NCBI GenBank assembly: GCA_963740355.1 | Contig: CAVUDW010000002.1 | Location: forward strand, 1,248,001 to 1,312,000 | Direction of reading: 5' to 3' | Source of the DNA: an uncultured Gemmatimonadaceae bacterium | Lineage (GTDB): Bacteria; Gemmatimonadota; Gemmatimonadetes; Gemmatimonadales; Gemmatimonadaceae | Length of the DNA stretch: 64,000 nucleotides | Shown here: piece by piece, positions 11,847 to 22,821 of the stretch | How the letters are laid out: each line of letters begins with the position of its first letter | Numbering within the stretch: position 1 is the first letter of the stretch | Made by a program: the position numbers and the translations under genes | The notes under the pieces: model-generated | Database searches by the model: none | What the model saw: only the letters and a program-made list of their open reading frames with translations | What the model was told of the DNA's origin: nothing

Positions 11847-14800
11847 TGGGCCTTCCGACCCTGCTCGACGCGATTGAACGGCTCCCGCAGTTCACGCGCG
11901 TGTACAACTCGTTGCCGGCACCGAACCGAGTCCTCACCGTCGCTGGTCTGCACGGATCGAGCGACGCGGTGATGGTGGCTGCCCTGGCGCGCCGGTTGTC
12001 GGGGCGGGTGATCGTGGTGGTGACGGACGCGCTGCCCGATGCCGAGCGCTGGCTCGCTGATCTGGCGGCGCTCTCCGAGTCGGATGGCATCGCCCTGTAT
12101 CCGCCGCGTGAAGGTTTCGGCGAAGTCGAGCCGCACACCGAAGTGGCCGGCGAACGTGTCGAGACGCTCGAGAAGTTGTCGCGCGGCGCCGTGCGCCTGC
12201 TGCTGACCACGTCGCGCGCGCTGATGGAACGCACACAGCTCGCGCGCGCCGTGGCTCGGGCGCGACTCGAGTTGCGGAAAGGCGATGCATGGCGGCTCGA
12301 GGCCTTGTCGGAACACCTTGATGCGCACGGGTTCGAGCGCACGTCGATGGTGGATGACGTCGGTCAGTACAGTGTGCGCGGCGGCATCTTCGACATCTAC
12401 AGCTTCGGCATGGCCGAGCCGGTCCGCCTCGAGTTCTGGGGCGACGAGATCGTGGAGCTGCGCCACTTCGACCTGCTCACGCAGCGCAGCACCCGTGATG
12501 CGAGCGTCGCACTGGTGTTGCCGGTGGATATCCCGGCCACCGACGAAGGTGAAGCCAGTTACGAGCGTGTCACGCTGGCGGAGCTTCTTCCGCCCGATAC
12601 GCTGTTGCTGCAGCCGCTGGGCACCAGCATCGAGCCGGAGCTGAAGCGGACCTGGGACGAAGCGCAACACCACATCGACCTCTCGCGCCGCCGCGGCGAA
12701 GATGCGCCGCCGCGCGATCGCCTGTTCGAGCAACCGGATGCCACCAAGAAGCGACTGCGCGGCTTCGGCACGATTCGCATCATCGATGCGTCGTCGGAAG
12801 GCATCGATGTCGGATTTCCAGCTCGTGCTCCGGAGGCAGTGGGCCGTGACATGGCGGCGCTACGCAAGCTGATTGCTGGCGGCATTCCGACGCTCGTGCT
12901 CTGCGACAACAGCGGCCAGCTGGAACGCCTTGAAGAGCTGCTCGAGGAACGTGGACGACGGACGATTGCTACCCTTGCACTGGGTGTGCTCGGCGCGGGC
13001 TTCATGTTGCCGCCGTCGGATGGTCGCGAAGGGCTGCGTGTGCTCACCGACCACGAGATCTTCCGTCGTGAACGGCGCATTCGTCGCACGCGAAAGTACG
13101 GCGGTGGTGCCGCGCTCGACGTCGTCACTGCGCTGAAGAGCGGTGACTATGTGGTGCATCTCGAACATGGCATCGGCATCTATCGTGGCATGTCCACCAC
13201 CTTCGTCGGCGAAAGCACGATCGAGGTGGCGGTCATCGAATACGAGGGCGGCGACCGGCTGAATGTGCCGCTGTATCGCATCGACCAGGTGGAGCGATAT
13301 CGCGCCGCTGGAGATGTGAGTGCCGATGCTCCGCCGCCGCGCCTGCACAAGCTGGGCGGACGGAAGTGGAGTCAACAGCGCGACAAGACCCGTGCGGCCA
13401 TCCTCGAGATGACGCACGAGTTGCTCGACCTGTATGCTCGTCGCCGCATCGCCAGCCGTCCCGCGCACGTCCCGGACACGACGTGGCAGATGCAGCTCGA
13501 GAGCGGCTTCCTGTTCGAGGATACGCCGGACCAGCGTCGCGCCACCACCGATGTGAAGAAGGACATGGAGAGTGGTCGGCCGATGGACCGACTGCTGGTG
13601 GGCGACGTGGGCTACGGCAAGACGGAAATCGCGGTGCGCGCAGCCTTCAAGGCAGTGCAGAGCGGACGACAGGTGGCGGTGCTGGTGCCCACCACGATTC
13701 TCGCCGACCAGCATGTGCGCACCTTCGGCGACCGCCTCGCGGACTTCCCGGTGGTGATCGAAGAGTTGAGCCGATTCCGTACCGGGAAGGAGCAAGCGGA
13801 AACGTTGGCGCGACTGAAGAAGAAGGAAGTCGACATCGTCATCGGCACGCATCGCCTGCTGGGCGAGGATGTCCTCTTTGGTGACCTCGGCCTGATCATC
13901 GTCGACGAGGAGCACCGCTTCGGCGTGAAGCACAAGGAGCGCTTGAAGCAGCTGAAGATGGAAACCGACGTGCTGACGCTCACCGCCACGCCGATTCCGC
14001 GCACGCTGCATCAGTCATTGGCTGGGCTGCGCGACATGACGTTGATGCAGACGCCGCCGCGCGACCGCAGCCCGGTGCTGACGTACGTCGAACCGAACGA
14101 TGATGCCTTGATCGAAGAGGCGATCTCGCGCGAGCTGGATCGCGGCGGCCAGTGCTTCTTCGTGCACAACCGCATCGAGACCATCCTCGCGGTCGCCGAC
14201 CATCTGCAGCGGCTGGTGCCACGGGCCCGCATCGTGGTCGGCCATGGCCAGATGAAGGAGCGCGAGCTGGAGGAGGTCATGCGCCAGTTCGTGCGCGGCG
14301 AGGCCGACATCCTCGTCAGCACGATGATCGTCGAAAGCGGCCTCGACGTCTCGAACGCGAACACCATGTTCGTCGACCGCGCCGACTACTTCGGCCTCGC
14401 CCAGCTCTACCAGCTTCGCGGCCGTGTTGGGCGCTCACATCGTCGCGCCTACTGCTATCTGCTCGTGCCCGACATCGTGGATGAGGACGCCGAGCGCCGC
14501 CTGAGGGTCCTGGAGCACAACACCGAGCTCGGCAGTGGGTATCGGGTCGCCCTCAAGGACATGGAGCTGCGAGGTGCGGGCAACCTGCTCGGACCCGAGC
14601 AGAGTGGCTTCGTGCATGCCGTCGGCTTCGATCTCTACTTGAGGCTGCTGGAGGAGACCGTCCAGCGCATCCAGCGCGGGGATGCGGCCCCACCGCCACA
14701 GCCCTCCGACGTGTCGCTGGACGTGCCGGCGTTCCTGCCGGACGACTACGTGCCCATGGCCGATCTCAAGCTCGACATCTATCGGCGCCTCACCAAGGCA

Positions 14801-15136
14801 ACCGATGCCGCCGCCATCGAGGCGCTGGCGTCAGAGGTCCGCGACCGGTTCGGCCCGCTTCCACCGGCCGCGACCGCGTATTTCGATCTGGCGCAACTCC
14901 GCCTGCTCGGGGGTACGCTGGGAATCGAGGCCATGCTGGTGCGGGGTGATGAGGGCCGTATTACGTTTCGCGCCGACGCCGTGCCCCGGATGAAGGGGCT
15001 CAGCGCCGCCTTCCATGAAGTGCAGTTCCAGGCCGAGGTGCGCCGCGCGCAACCATTGACGCTCAAGCTCACGCGACTCGGCGGAGCTGCGGTGCTCGAA
15101 GGCCTCGTCCGCTCCCTGCGCAGTCTGAGCCGCTGA
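11846..15136 (+). CDS. mfd: Transcription-repair coupling factor Mfd
   Basis: VRGGIFDIY, GDYVVHLEHGIGIY, GDVGYGKTE, DEEHRFGV, GLAQLYQLRGRVGRS, DMELRGAGNLLG. Confidence 0.99.
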   Translation: MGLPTLLDAIERLPQFTRVYNSLPAPNRVLTVAGLHGSSDAVMVAALARRLSGRVIVVVTDALPDAERWLADLAALSESDGIALYPPREGFGEVEPHTEVAGERVETLEKLSRGAVRLLLTTSRALMERTQLARAVARARLELRKGDAWRLEALSEHLDAHGFERTSMVDDVGQYSVRGGIFDIYSFGMAEPVRLEFWGDEIVELRHFDLLTQRSTRDASVALVLPVDIPATDEGEASYERVTLAELLPPDTLLLQPLGTSIEPELKRTWDEAQHHIDLSRRRGEDAPPRDRLFEQPDATKKRLRGFGTIRIIDASSEGIDVGFPARAPEAVGRDMAALRKLIAGGIPTLVLCDNSGQLERLEELLEERGRRTIATLALGVLGAGFMLPPSDGREGLRVLTDHEIFRRERRIRRTRKYGGGAALDVVTALKSGDYVVHLEHGIGIYRGMSTTFVGESTIEVAVIEYEGGDRLNVPLYRIDQVERYRAAGDVSADAPPPRLHKLGGRKWSQQRDKTRAAILEMTHELLDLYARRRIASRPAHVPDTTWQMQLESGFLFEDTPDQRRATTDVKKDMESGRPMDRLLVGDVGYGKTEIAVRAAFKAVQSGRQVAVLVPTTILADQHVRTFGDRLADFPVVIEELSRFRTGKEQAETLARLKKKEVDIVIGTHRLLGEDVLFGDLGLIIVDEEHRFGVKHKERLKQLKMETDVLTLTATPIPRTLHQSLAGLRDMTLMQTPPRDRSPVLTYVEPNDDALIEEAISRELDRGGQCFFVHNRIETILAVADHLQRLVPRARIVVGHGQMKERELEEVMRQFVRGEADILVSTMIVESGLDVSNANTMFVDRADYFGLAQLYQLRGRVGRSHRRAYCYLLVPDIVDEDAERRLRVLEHNTELGSGYRVALKDMELRGAGNLLGPEQSGFVHAVGFDLYLRLLEETVQRIQRGDAAPPPQPSDVSLDVPAFLPDDYVPMADLKLDIYRRLTKATDAAAIEALASEVRDRFGPLPPAATAYFDLAQLRLLGGTLGIEAMLVRGDEGRITFRADAVPRMKGLSAAFHEVQFQAEVRRAQPLTLKLTRLGGAAVLEGLVRSLRSLSR

Positions 15137-15203
15137 TCGACCGTTCCCGCGGCGGCACGTACCTGTCAGACCGTTGCAGTTCTCACCTATTCCGTTTTGA
15201 CGA

Positions 15204-16677
15204 ATGAGAAGACTTGTCCTCGCCGCGATCGCCGTTGTTGCCACGGCCCAGCTGGCTGGCTGCAACAGCGGAGCGCTCAGCGCCCACGCGGATACCGTCG
15301 CGAAGGCGGGCTCTCAGGAACTGACCGTCAAGAAGCTCTCGGAGCTGCTCGGCGCCTCGAAGGTGCCGCTCCGCAAGGATGTGGTCCGTGTCGTGGCCGA
15401 CCTCTGGGTCAACTACCAGCTCCTCGCCAAGGCCGGCGCCACGGGTGACTCGCTCAACGATCCGAAGTCGCTCGACTCGGCGCTCTGGGCCCCGATCGCC
15501 AATGCCCGCGCCCGCAAGTTCTTCGAAGTGGTGTCGAAGGGCTGGACGATCGCGCCGCTCGGCCGATGCCGAAACCCGCTACAACAACGGTGAAGTGCTG
15601 GCCGCCAGCCACATCCTCTTCCGCATCCCGGAGAAGGGGGCCACGCCGGCACAGGTCGCCGCGCTCAAGGTCCGCGCCGATTCGCTCCGCAAGGTCCTGA
15701 CGACGGCGAACTTCAGCCAGCTGGCTGGCCGCTTCAGCCAGGATCCCGGTTCGGCACAGCAGGGTGGCTCGCTCGGTGCCTTCCCGAAGGGCATGATGGC
15801 GCCGGAGTTCGAGACCGAAGTGCTGAAGACCAAGCCGGGCGAGATTTCGCCGGCGTTCCAGACCCGCTTCGGCATTCATATCGTGTACCGCCCGGTGTAC
15901 GCCGGCGTGACGCAGCAGGTTGCGCAGCTCATGCAGCAGCGTGGCGCAGCGGCCGCCGAGTCGACCTACTGGGCACGCCTCGAAGCGGCGAACGCCGTGG
16001 CCGTGAAGGCCGATGCGCCGAAGATGGCTCGCGACATCGTGGGTGACCTCGACGGCTATCGCACCAGCAGCATGGTGCTTGGCACCACCAAGAGCGGTGA
16101 CTTCACCGCCCGCCAGTTGGTGCGCTGGATCGACGCCTATCCGCCGGAGCAGGGCCTGATTCCGCAGATCCAGAACGCGCCGGACACGATCATCCCGACG
16201 CTGATCAAGAACTTCATTCGCAATGAGCTGTTCCTGAAGCAGGCCGACAGCGCCAAGGTCGACCTCACCGACCAGGAGAAGAGCCAGATCCGCGCCGAGT
16301 TCCGCACGCTGGTGATCAACTCGTGGACGCAGCTTGGCGTGGCCCCGAACCAGCTCATCGACAGCGGCAAGACGCCGTCGGCTCGCGAGACCATCGCCTC
16401 CGCCCGCGTCAACACCTTCCTCGAGAACATGCTGGTGAAGGACGGTGCATTCGTCCCGATCGCCCGCTCGATGGACCTGATGCTCCGGATGCGTTTCCCG
16501 GGCGCCAAGATCGTCGACGCAGGTGTCGATCGTGCGCTGGAAGCTGCACAGAAGCTGCGTGGCTCCACGGACTCGACCCGTGCCGCCAACCGTCCGGCGT
16601 CGGCCGTGCCGATGCCTGGTGGCGACGCCGCACCGGCTGCTCCGACGCCGACGCCGCCTCCGGCAGCGAAGCCGTAA
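15204..16677 (+). CDS. Lipoprotein parvulin-type peptidyl-prolyl isomerase (PrsA/PpiD-like), with one +1 frameshift (~15560)
   Basis: Lipobox LAGC in the first frame. ASHILF, FSQDPGSAQQGGSLG and FQTRFGIHI follow in the next frame. Confidence 0.85.
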
Positions 16678-16698
16678 TCAGCGACCGCAGGATGACGG

Positions 16699-16733
16699 AC
16701 GGGGGAGCGCGAACGCCGCGCTCCCCCGTTCTT
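16699..16733 (+). terminator. Probable intrinsic terminator or stabilising hairpin after the PPIase gene
   Basis: 13-bp stem ACGGGGGAGCGCG/CGCGCTCCCCCGT followed by TCTT. Confidence 0.55.
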
Positions 16734-16822
16734 CGTCCGATCAGCGCTAAATTGAACGTCTTGCTCGGGGCTGCATCGCCTGGGCAGTGAACCGACGCCT
16801 CGCCTGCCGGGTACCCCGACGC

Positions 16823-18235
16823 ATGACTCGATCGTTTTCTGCAGTAATGGTTCGCCTCGCGCTCCCGCTGGTCGCCGTTGCGATCGCTGGGCAGTCGCTG
16901 CAGGCCCAGAATCCCGCCGTCCGCCCCGCTGGCAGCACACCGGCAACGACGGTGGTGCCGGTCGACCGTGTGATCGCGATCGCTGGCGATCATCCCATCC
17001 TCTGGAGCGAGGTGCTCGAGGAGTACAACACCCGTCGCGCGCAGGGGATGCCGATCCCGGCCGATTCGGTTGAGCATCGGAAGCTGGTGGAGAAGATCAT
17101 CGACGAGTTGATCGACGCCGAGGTGCTGATCCAGAAGGCCGCGGTGGAGAAGGTCGAAGTCGCCGACGGTGATGTGCTGCCCGATGTCGAGACGCAGCTG
17201 AAGAAGATCCGCGATCAGTTCAAGAGCGACCAGGAGTTCCGCACCGCACTGGCTGGCGCCGGGTTCGGGACGCCAGAGGAGTACCGGCGCACGTTGGTCG
17301 AGGCCGCGAAGCGATCGGCCGTGCAGCGCAAGTTGATCGAGAAGATGAAGTCCGACGGCAAGCTGGTGCGCGCGGTGGTGTCGGAAGCGGATGTGATTGC
17401 GATGTACGACCAGAATCGCAACTCGCTGCCGAAGCGTCCCGCACAGGTGACGTTCCGCCAGATCGTGATCACGCCGACAGCCAGTGCCGCCTCGAAGGCC
17501 AAGGCGCGCGCGAAGATCGACTCGCTGCTGGTCGAGTTGCAGCGCGGCGGCAATTTCGAGCTGATCGCCAAGCGTGAGAGCATGGACCCGTCGAACAAGG
17601 AGACGGGGGGTGACCTCGGCTGGAATCGTCGTGGCCGCATGGTGCCGGAGTTCGATCGCATGATGTTCGCGCTGCCGCCGGGCGTTCTCAGCCCGGTGGT
17701 CGAGACGAGCTTTGGCTTCCACATCATCCGCGTGGACAAGGTGCAGCCGGCGGAGGTGAAGGCACGTCACATCCTGATCATCCCGACGCTCGATTCAGCT
17801 GATGAGCGCCGTGCACACACGCTGGCCGACAGCGTCGCTGGCGCGTGGCGCAGCGGTGCACGTTTTGACTCTCTGAGCGCCAAGTTCCACGATCCCGACG
17901 AAGTGAAGGCCTTCAACGATCCGTTCCCGACCAAGGACTTGCCGCCGGCGTACATCGAGGCGCTGAAGGGGATCAAGGTCAATGAAATCAGCGCGCCGTT
18001 CGTGATCGAGAATCCAGGTCGCGGCACGAAGAAGTTCGTCGTCTTCCAGCTGCTCACCCAGCAGGACGAAGGGATGTATTCGGTGGGTGAAGTGCGCGAA
18101 CGCATCCGTGCACAGCTGGTCGACGAGCGGTCGATGCGCCGCTTCATCGATGGCCTGCGCTCAGCCACGTTCGTCCTGCGGAATCCGATTCCTGCACTGC
18201 CCGTGGCAGAACCCGTCGCCCCGCCAGAGAAGTAG
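16823..18235 (+). CDS. surA: SurA-like periplasmic chaperone/PPIase (start could be 16787 or 16847)
   Basis: Signal peptide, VDRVIAIAG..ILWSEV, two parvulin domains (GGDLGW, ETSFGFHII, VKARHILI). Lies upstream of pdxA, as in the classical surA-pdxA order. Confidence 0.85.
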   Translation: MTRSFSAVMVRLALPLVAVAIAGQSLQAQNPAVRPAGSTPATTVVPVDRVIAIAGDHPILWSEVLEEYNTRRAQGMPIPADSVEHRKLVEKIIDELIDAEVLIQKAAVEKVEVADGDVLPDVETQLKKIRDQFKSDQEFRTALAGAGFGTPEEYRRTLVEAAKRSAVQRKLIEKMKSDGKLVRAVVSEADVIAMYDQNRNSLPKRPAQVTFRQIVITPTASAASKAKARAKIDSLLVELQRGGNFELIAKRESMDPSNKETGGDLGWNRRGRMVPEFDRMMFALPPGVLSPVVETSFGFHIIRVDKVQPAEVKARHILIIPTLDSADERRAHTLADSVAGAWRSGARFDSLSAKFHDPDEVKAFNDPFPTKDLPPAYIEALKGIKVNEISAPFVIENPGRGTKKFVVFQLLTQQDEGMYSVGEVRERIRAQLVDERSMRRFIDGLRSATFVLRNPIPALPVAEPVAPPEK

Positions 18236-18256
18236 CACGATGACGCGCCCTCAGCT

Positions 18257-19141
18257 GTGACACGCCGACGTCCCCGCCTCGCCGTTACGCTGGGCGACCC
18301 GCGAGGCATCGGGCCGGAGCTGGTGCAGGCGATGCTCGACGATGACGAGATCGGCGACCTCTGCGACCTGCTCGTGGTGGGGCCGCGCGGGACCGAGGTG
18401 GACGTGCACGAAACCGTGGGGATCTGGATGCCAGGCGGCGGCGAGGCTCTCGCCGGCAAGCTGGCGGGTGACGCGGTGGTTCGGGCGGTGGAGCTGGCGC
18501 AGGCCGGCGCCGTGCGCGGTATCGTCACCGCCCCACTCGACAAACACGCGCTGCTGCAGGGCGGATACGACGCACCGGGCCACACCGAGATGCTGGCGGA
18601 GCTGACGGGCCGGAAGACGGCCATGATGCTGGCCAGTGAATCGCTGCGGGTCGTGCTTGCGACCACACACCTGGCCCTTCGCAATGTCCCCGAAGCGTTG
18701 ACGGCCGACGCATTGCGCGATGCCATCACGCTGACGCGTGAGGGGCTGCAACACTGGTTTCACATTCCGGAGCCACGCATCGCGCTCTGCGCCATGAATC
18801 CCCATGGCGGCGATGGCGGCCGATTCGGCACCGAGGACACGGAACTGCTGGCACCGATCGCGGCCGAACTGGGCGCGCTCGGGCCGTATCCGGCAGACAC
18901 CGTGTTCGTGCGGGCGATGCGCGGAGAGTTCGATGCCGTCATCGCGCCTTACCATGATGTGGGCATGACGGCGATCAAGGTTGCGAGTTTCGGGAGCGGT
19001 GTGAACGTGACACTCGGCCTTCCGTTTCCGCGCACCTCGCCCGACCACGGCACCGCCATCGACATCGCCGGCCAGGGTATCGCCGACGTCTCATCGTTCC
19101 GTCACGCCGTCCTGCTCTGCGCGCGGTTGGCGAATCATTAG
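18257..19141 (+). CDS. pdxA: 4-hydroxythreonine-4-phosphate dehydrogenase PdxA
   Basis: TLGDPRGIGPE, TAPLDK, GHTEML, NPHGGDGG, GPYPADT, YHDVG, RTSPDHGTA. Confidence 0.96.
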   Translation: MTRRRPRLAVTLGDPRGIGPELVQAMLDDDEIGDLCDLLVVGPRGTEVDVHETVGIWMPGGGEALAGKLAGDAVVRAVELAQAGAVRGIVTAPLDKHALLQGGYDAPGHTEMLAELTGRKTAMMLASESLRVVLATTHLALRNVPEALTADALRDAITLTREGLQHWFHIPEPRIALCAMNPHGGDGGRFGTEDTELLAPIAAELGALGPYPADTVFVRAMRGEFDAVIAPYHDVGMTAIKVASFGSGVNVTLGLPFPRTSPDHGTAIDIAGQGIADVSSFRHAVLLCARLANH

Positions 19142-19170
19142 TCGCAACTTGGCTGTTAGTTGCGCGATGT

Positions 19171-19297
19171 ATCGGGGTGGGAAGCAAACAGGCGTGTAGT
19201 GCGTGACCGGCGGGAGTGCTGTGCGTCCTCACGGGGAACGAACGACACTCCGCCCACCCACGGATCGGCAGCCGACCCACCCCGGTTGAACGCCTGT
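19171..19297. ncRNA. Candidate structured RNA element with pseudoknot-compatible helices, family unknown
   Basis: Complementary pairs ATCGGGGTGGG/CCCACCCCGGT, ACAGGCGT/ACGCCTGT and GGCGGGAGTG/CACTCCGCC lie within about 130 nt of intergenic DNA. Confidence 0.35.
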
Positions 19298-19319
19298 CCT
19301 GAGCATCTGCAGACGGCCC

Positions 19320-20783
19320 ATGGCTTCTCTCGACAAGTTTCTGATGGCGCTGGGGACCGCGCCACCGACGACGCTGGTGCTCTATGAGGGCGCCGTTGCG
19401 GAGCTTCGCTTTGACGGCGGCACCCGCCCGATCACCAAGCAGCCGCTGAGCGCCGAGCAGATCGTCGGGCTGCTGCGCGAGATCGCGCCGGCCAACCAGC
19501 AGGCGGCCGTGATGCAGGGCGGCCCGGCCCGTTTCCCATATGACGGCAATGGCATTCCAGTCGATTGTGCGATCCAGCGCGATGCGCAGGGACGTGTGGT
19601 AGCGCAGATCATGCCCGCCAGCTCAGCCGATGCGGCGCTGCGCGAGGAGGCCACGGTGGCCAGCGCGACCCCGGTGCTCGACAGCGGACCGCGCCAGTCG
19701 CTCGATGCGCTGCTGCGCGCCCTCTCGGCGCAGAAGGGCAGTGACCTCCATCTTCGGGTGGGTGAACCGCCGATCCTCCGACGGGACGGCGAGCTGGTGC
19801 GAATCGCTGGGGCCGCGCCGCTGGGGCACGAGCAGCTGGAGCAGATGCTGCTCGCCTCGATGCCGGAGCGGAATCGTCTGGAGTTCCTCGAGAACAACGA
19901 CACCGACTTTGCCATCGACATTCCCGGCGTGGCGCGATTCCGCGGCAATGCGCTGCGGGACCGGTGCGGGGCGGCAGCCGTCTTCCGCCTCATTCCCTCG
20001 ACCATCATCACCGCCGAGCAGCTGGGTCTGTCGGAGTTCGAGAAGGCGCTCTGCAACCTGAGCAAGGGCCTGGTGCTCGTCACCGGCCCCACCGGCAGCG
20101 GCAAGAGCACCACGCTCTGCGGCATGATCGACCTCGTCAACCGGACCCGGACCGATCACATCATCACGATCGAGGACCCGATCGAGTTCGTGCACGCCAG
20201 CAAGAAGTGCCTCATCAACCAGCGCGAGGTCGGGGTGCACACCTCGAGCTTCAAGACCGCGCTGCGGGCGGCGCTGCGCGAGGATCCCGACGTGATCCTG
20301 GTGGGCGAGACTGCGCGACCTCGAGACCATCGAGATGCGCCATCGAGACGGCGGAGACCGGCCATCTCGTCTTCGGCACGCTGCACACCACCACCGCGCC
20401 CAGCACGGTGGACCGCCTGATCGACCAGTTCCCGGCCGACCGGCAGGCGCAGATCCGCACCATGCTCAGCGAGTCGCTGAAGGGGGTGATCTCGCAGACC
20501 CTGGTGCAAGAAGAAGGGCGGCGGGCGGGCGGCGGCGCTCGAGGTGCTGCTGGCCAACACCGCTGTCTCGAACCTGATCCGCGAGGGCAAGACCTTCCAG
20601 ATCCCGACGGTCATGCAGACGTCGAAGAAGCTGGGCATGGTGACCATGAACGATGCCTTGCTGGACCTGGTCGAGAAGAACCTGGTCGATGCCAACGACG
20701 CGTGGATCAAGGCGGTGGACAAGGGCGGCTTCCAGCAGGCGCTGCAGTCGCGCGGGATCACCCTCGATCGCGTCGCTGCCTGA
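19320..20783 (+). CDS. pilT: Type IV pilus retraction ATPase (PilT/PilU family) with an extra N-terminal domain and three +1 frameshifts (~20310, ~20337, ~20504)
   Basis: GSDLHL, GPTGSGKSTT, TIEDPIE, ALREDPDVILVGE. Shifted frames carry AETGHLVFGTLHT and NLIREGKT..Q.....GM.TM. Confidence 0.9.
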
Positions 20784-20862
20784 TTTCCGGCACGGCCCCG
20801 CCAGCGGGGCCGGAAAACGGACATTTCCGGGGGGCTCTTGGTCCCCCGGCTAAGTTAGTCGA

Positions 20863-22698
20863 ATGTCTATTCGTAACATTGCCATCATTGCGCACGTCGA
20901 CCACGGTAAGACTACACTCGTGGATCAGATGCTCCGCCAGGCCGGAGCGTTCCGCGAGAACCAGGTTGTCGCCGAGCGTGTCATGGATTCCAATCCGCTC
21001 GAGAAGGAACGCGGCATCACGATTCTCGCGAAGAATACGTCGATCCGCTGGAAAGAAAACAAGATCAACATCATCGATACGCCGGGTCACGCCGATTTCG
21101 GCGGTGAAGTCGAGCGCATCATGCGCATGGTGGACGGCGTGCTGTTGGTGGTCGATGCCTTTGACGGCCCGATGCCGCAGACCCGCTTCGTGCTCCGCAA
21201 GGCGTTCGAGCTGGGCCGCGTGCCGATCGTGGTCATCAACAAGATCGACCGGCCCGGCGCTGACCCGATGCGCGTGCATGACGAGGTGCTGAGCCTCTTC
21301 ATCGAGCTCGATGCCACGGAAGCGCAGCTGGACGCGCCGGTGGTGTACGCCAGCGCGCGTCAGGGCATTGCCACGATGGACCTCGATGTGGAGGGGACGA
21401 ACATGAATCCCCTCTTCGATGCCATCCTGCAGTATGTGCCGATCCCGCCGAACGATGCGACCGGCCCGTTCCAGATGCTCGTCTCGACGATCGACTATTC
21501 CAGCTACCTCGGGCGCCTCGGTATCGGCCGCGTGGAGATGGGCAAGATCAAGGTCGGCGACCAGGTGTCGCTGCTGCAGATGGACCCCACGCAACCGATC
21601 CAGAACAGTCGTGTCACGAAGCTGTTCTGCTTCGAGGGACTGGAGCGCGTCGAGGTGCAGGAGGCCTCGGCGGGCGAGATCGTGTCGGTGGCTGGTCTCG
21701 AGAATGTCGAGATCGGGCTCACCATCACCGATCCGTCGTTCCAGGAGCGCCTCGAGGGCATCGCGGTGGAAGAGCCGACGATCAGCGTCGACTTCCAGGT
21801 GAACACGTCGACCTTCGCTGGCAAGGAAGGGAAGTTCGTGACGTCGCGTCAGGTGCGTGATCGCCTGATGAAGGAGCTCGAGCGCAACGTGGCGTTGCGC
21901 GTCGAGGAGACGGACAACACCGACACCTGGAAGGTCAGTGGTCGCGGCGAGTTGCATCTGTCGATCCTGATGGAAACCATGCGCCGCGAGGGGTATGAAT
22001 TCCAGGTGTCACGCCCGAAGGTGATCACCAAGCTGGGCGAGAACGGTGAGCGCCTCGAGCCGTACGAGGAGTTGTTGATCGATGTGCCGGACGACTATGT
22101 CGGCGCCGTGATCGAAAAGCTTGGTCCCCGCAAGGCGGAGATGACCGAGATGAAGAATCCGGGGCAGGGCATGGTGCGCCTCACCTATCGCATTCCGGCG
22201 CGCGGCCTGTTTGGTTATCGCTCCGAGTTTCTGACCGATACTCGTGGCACGGGCATCATGCATCACCGGTTCCTCGAGTACGGGCCGTGGTCGGGCGGGT
22301 TGGACGGCCGCACGCGTGGTGTGCTGGTGAGCATGGAGAACGGGACCATCATCGCGTTTGCACTGGGGAACCTCGGTGAACGCGCGACGTTGTTCGTGGA
22401 GCCAGGGCAGCCGGTGTACGAAGGGATGGTGGTGGGGGAGAATTCGCGTCCGGGCGACATGGACGTGAACCCCACCAAGGAGAAGAAGTTGTCCAACATG
22501 CGCAGCAAGTCGGCGGACGATGCGATCGTGCTCGAGCCGCCGCGCATTCACACGTTGGAGAGCGCGCTGGAGTACATCGAGGAAGACGAGTTGATCGAGG
22601 TCACACCGCAGTCGATTCGCTTGCGCAAGAAGGTGTTGAACACCATCGACCGGAAGCGGGCGACGCGCGACCTGAAGAAGGAACGCGATCGCGACTGA
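20863..22698 (+). CDS. typA: Translational GTPase TypA/BipA
   Basis: [52 protein letters not shown]. Confidence 0.99.
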   Translation: MSIRNIAIIAHVDHGKTTLVDQMLRQAGAFRENQVVAERVMDSNPLEKERGITILAKNTSIRWKENKINIIDTPGHADFGGEVERIMRMVDGVLLVVDAFDGPMPQTRFVLRKAFELGRVPIVVINKIDRPGADPMRVHDEVLSLFIELDATEAQLDAPVVYASARQGIATMDLDVEGTNMNPLFDAILQYVPIPPNDATGPFQMLVSTIDYSSYLGRLGIGRVEMGKIKVGDQVSLLQMDPTQPIQNSRVTKLFCFEGLERVEVQEASAGEIVSVAGLENVEIGLTITDPSFQERLEGIAVEEPTISVDFQVNTSTFAGKEGKFVTSRQVRDRLMKELERNVALRVEETDNTDTWKVSGRGELHLSILMETMRREGYEFQVSRPKVITKLGENGERLEPYEELLIDVPDDYVGAVIEKLGPRKAEMTEMKNPGQGMVRLTYRIPARGLFGYRSEFLTDTRGTGIMHHRFLEYGPWSGGLDGRTRGVLVSMENGTIIAFALGNLGERATLFVEPGQPVYEGMVVGENSRPGDMDVNPTKEKKLSNMRSKSADDAIVLEPPRIHTLESALEYIEEDELIEVTPQSIRLRKKVLNTIDRKRATRDLKKERDRD

Positions 22699-22821
22699 GT
22701 GGAACGTGGGTGCATGGTGTTCCACTCGCATGTCGCGATTGATCGCCGGAGTGTGGCCCGCGTGTGCGCGGGCCATGGTCTGACCTCACACGACATACGG
22801 ACGCACGGGGAGAACGCAGGC

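Noticed and set aside
19200..19297. ZTP riboswitch, c-di-GMP riboswitch, HDV-like ribozyme or SRP RNA identity
   Set aside because: The resemblance is only partial. It lacks the ZTP 3' GCCNNNCGCCUGGGC hairpin, the compact HDV P3/L3 and catalytic C, the GEMM motifs and the SRP GGAA domain. It is kept as an unassigned candidate.
20300..20510. Programmed ribosomal frameshifting or phase variation in pilT and the other broken genes
   Set aside because: There are no slippery heptamers or long homopolymers. Multiple scattered single-base insertions fit sequencing error better.
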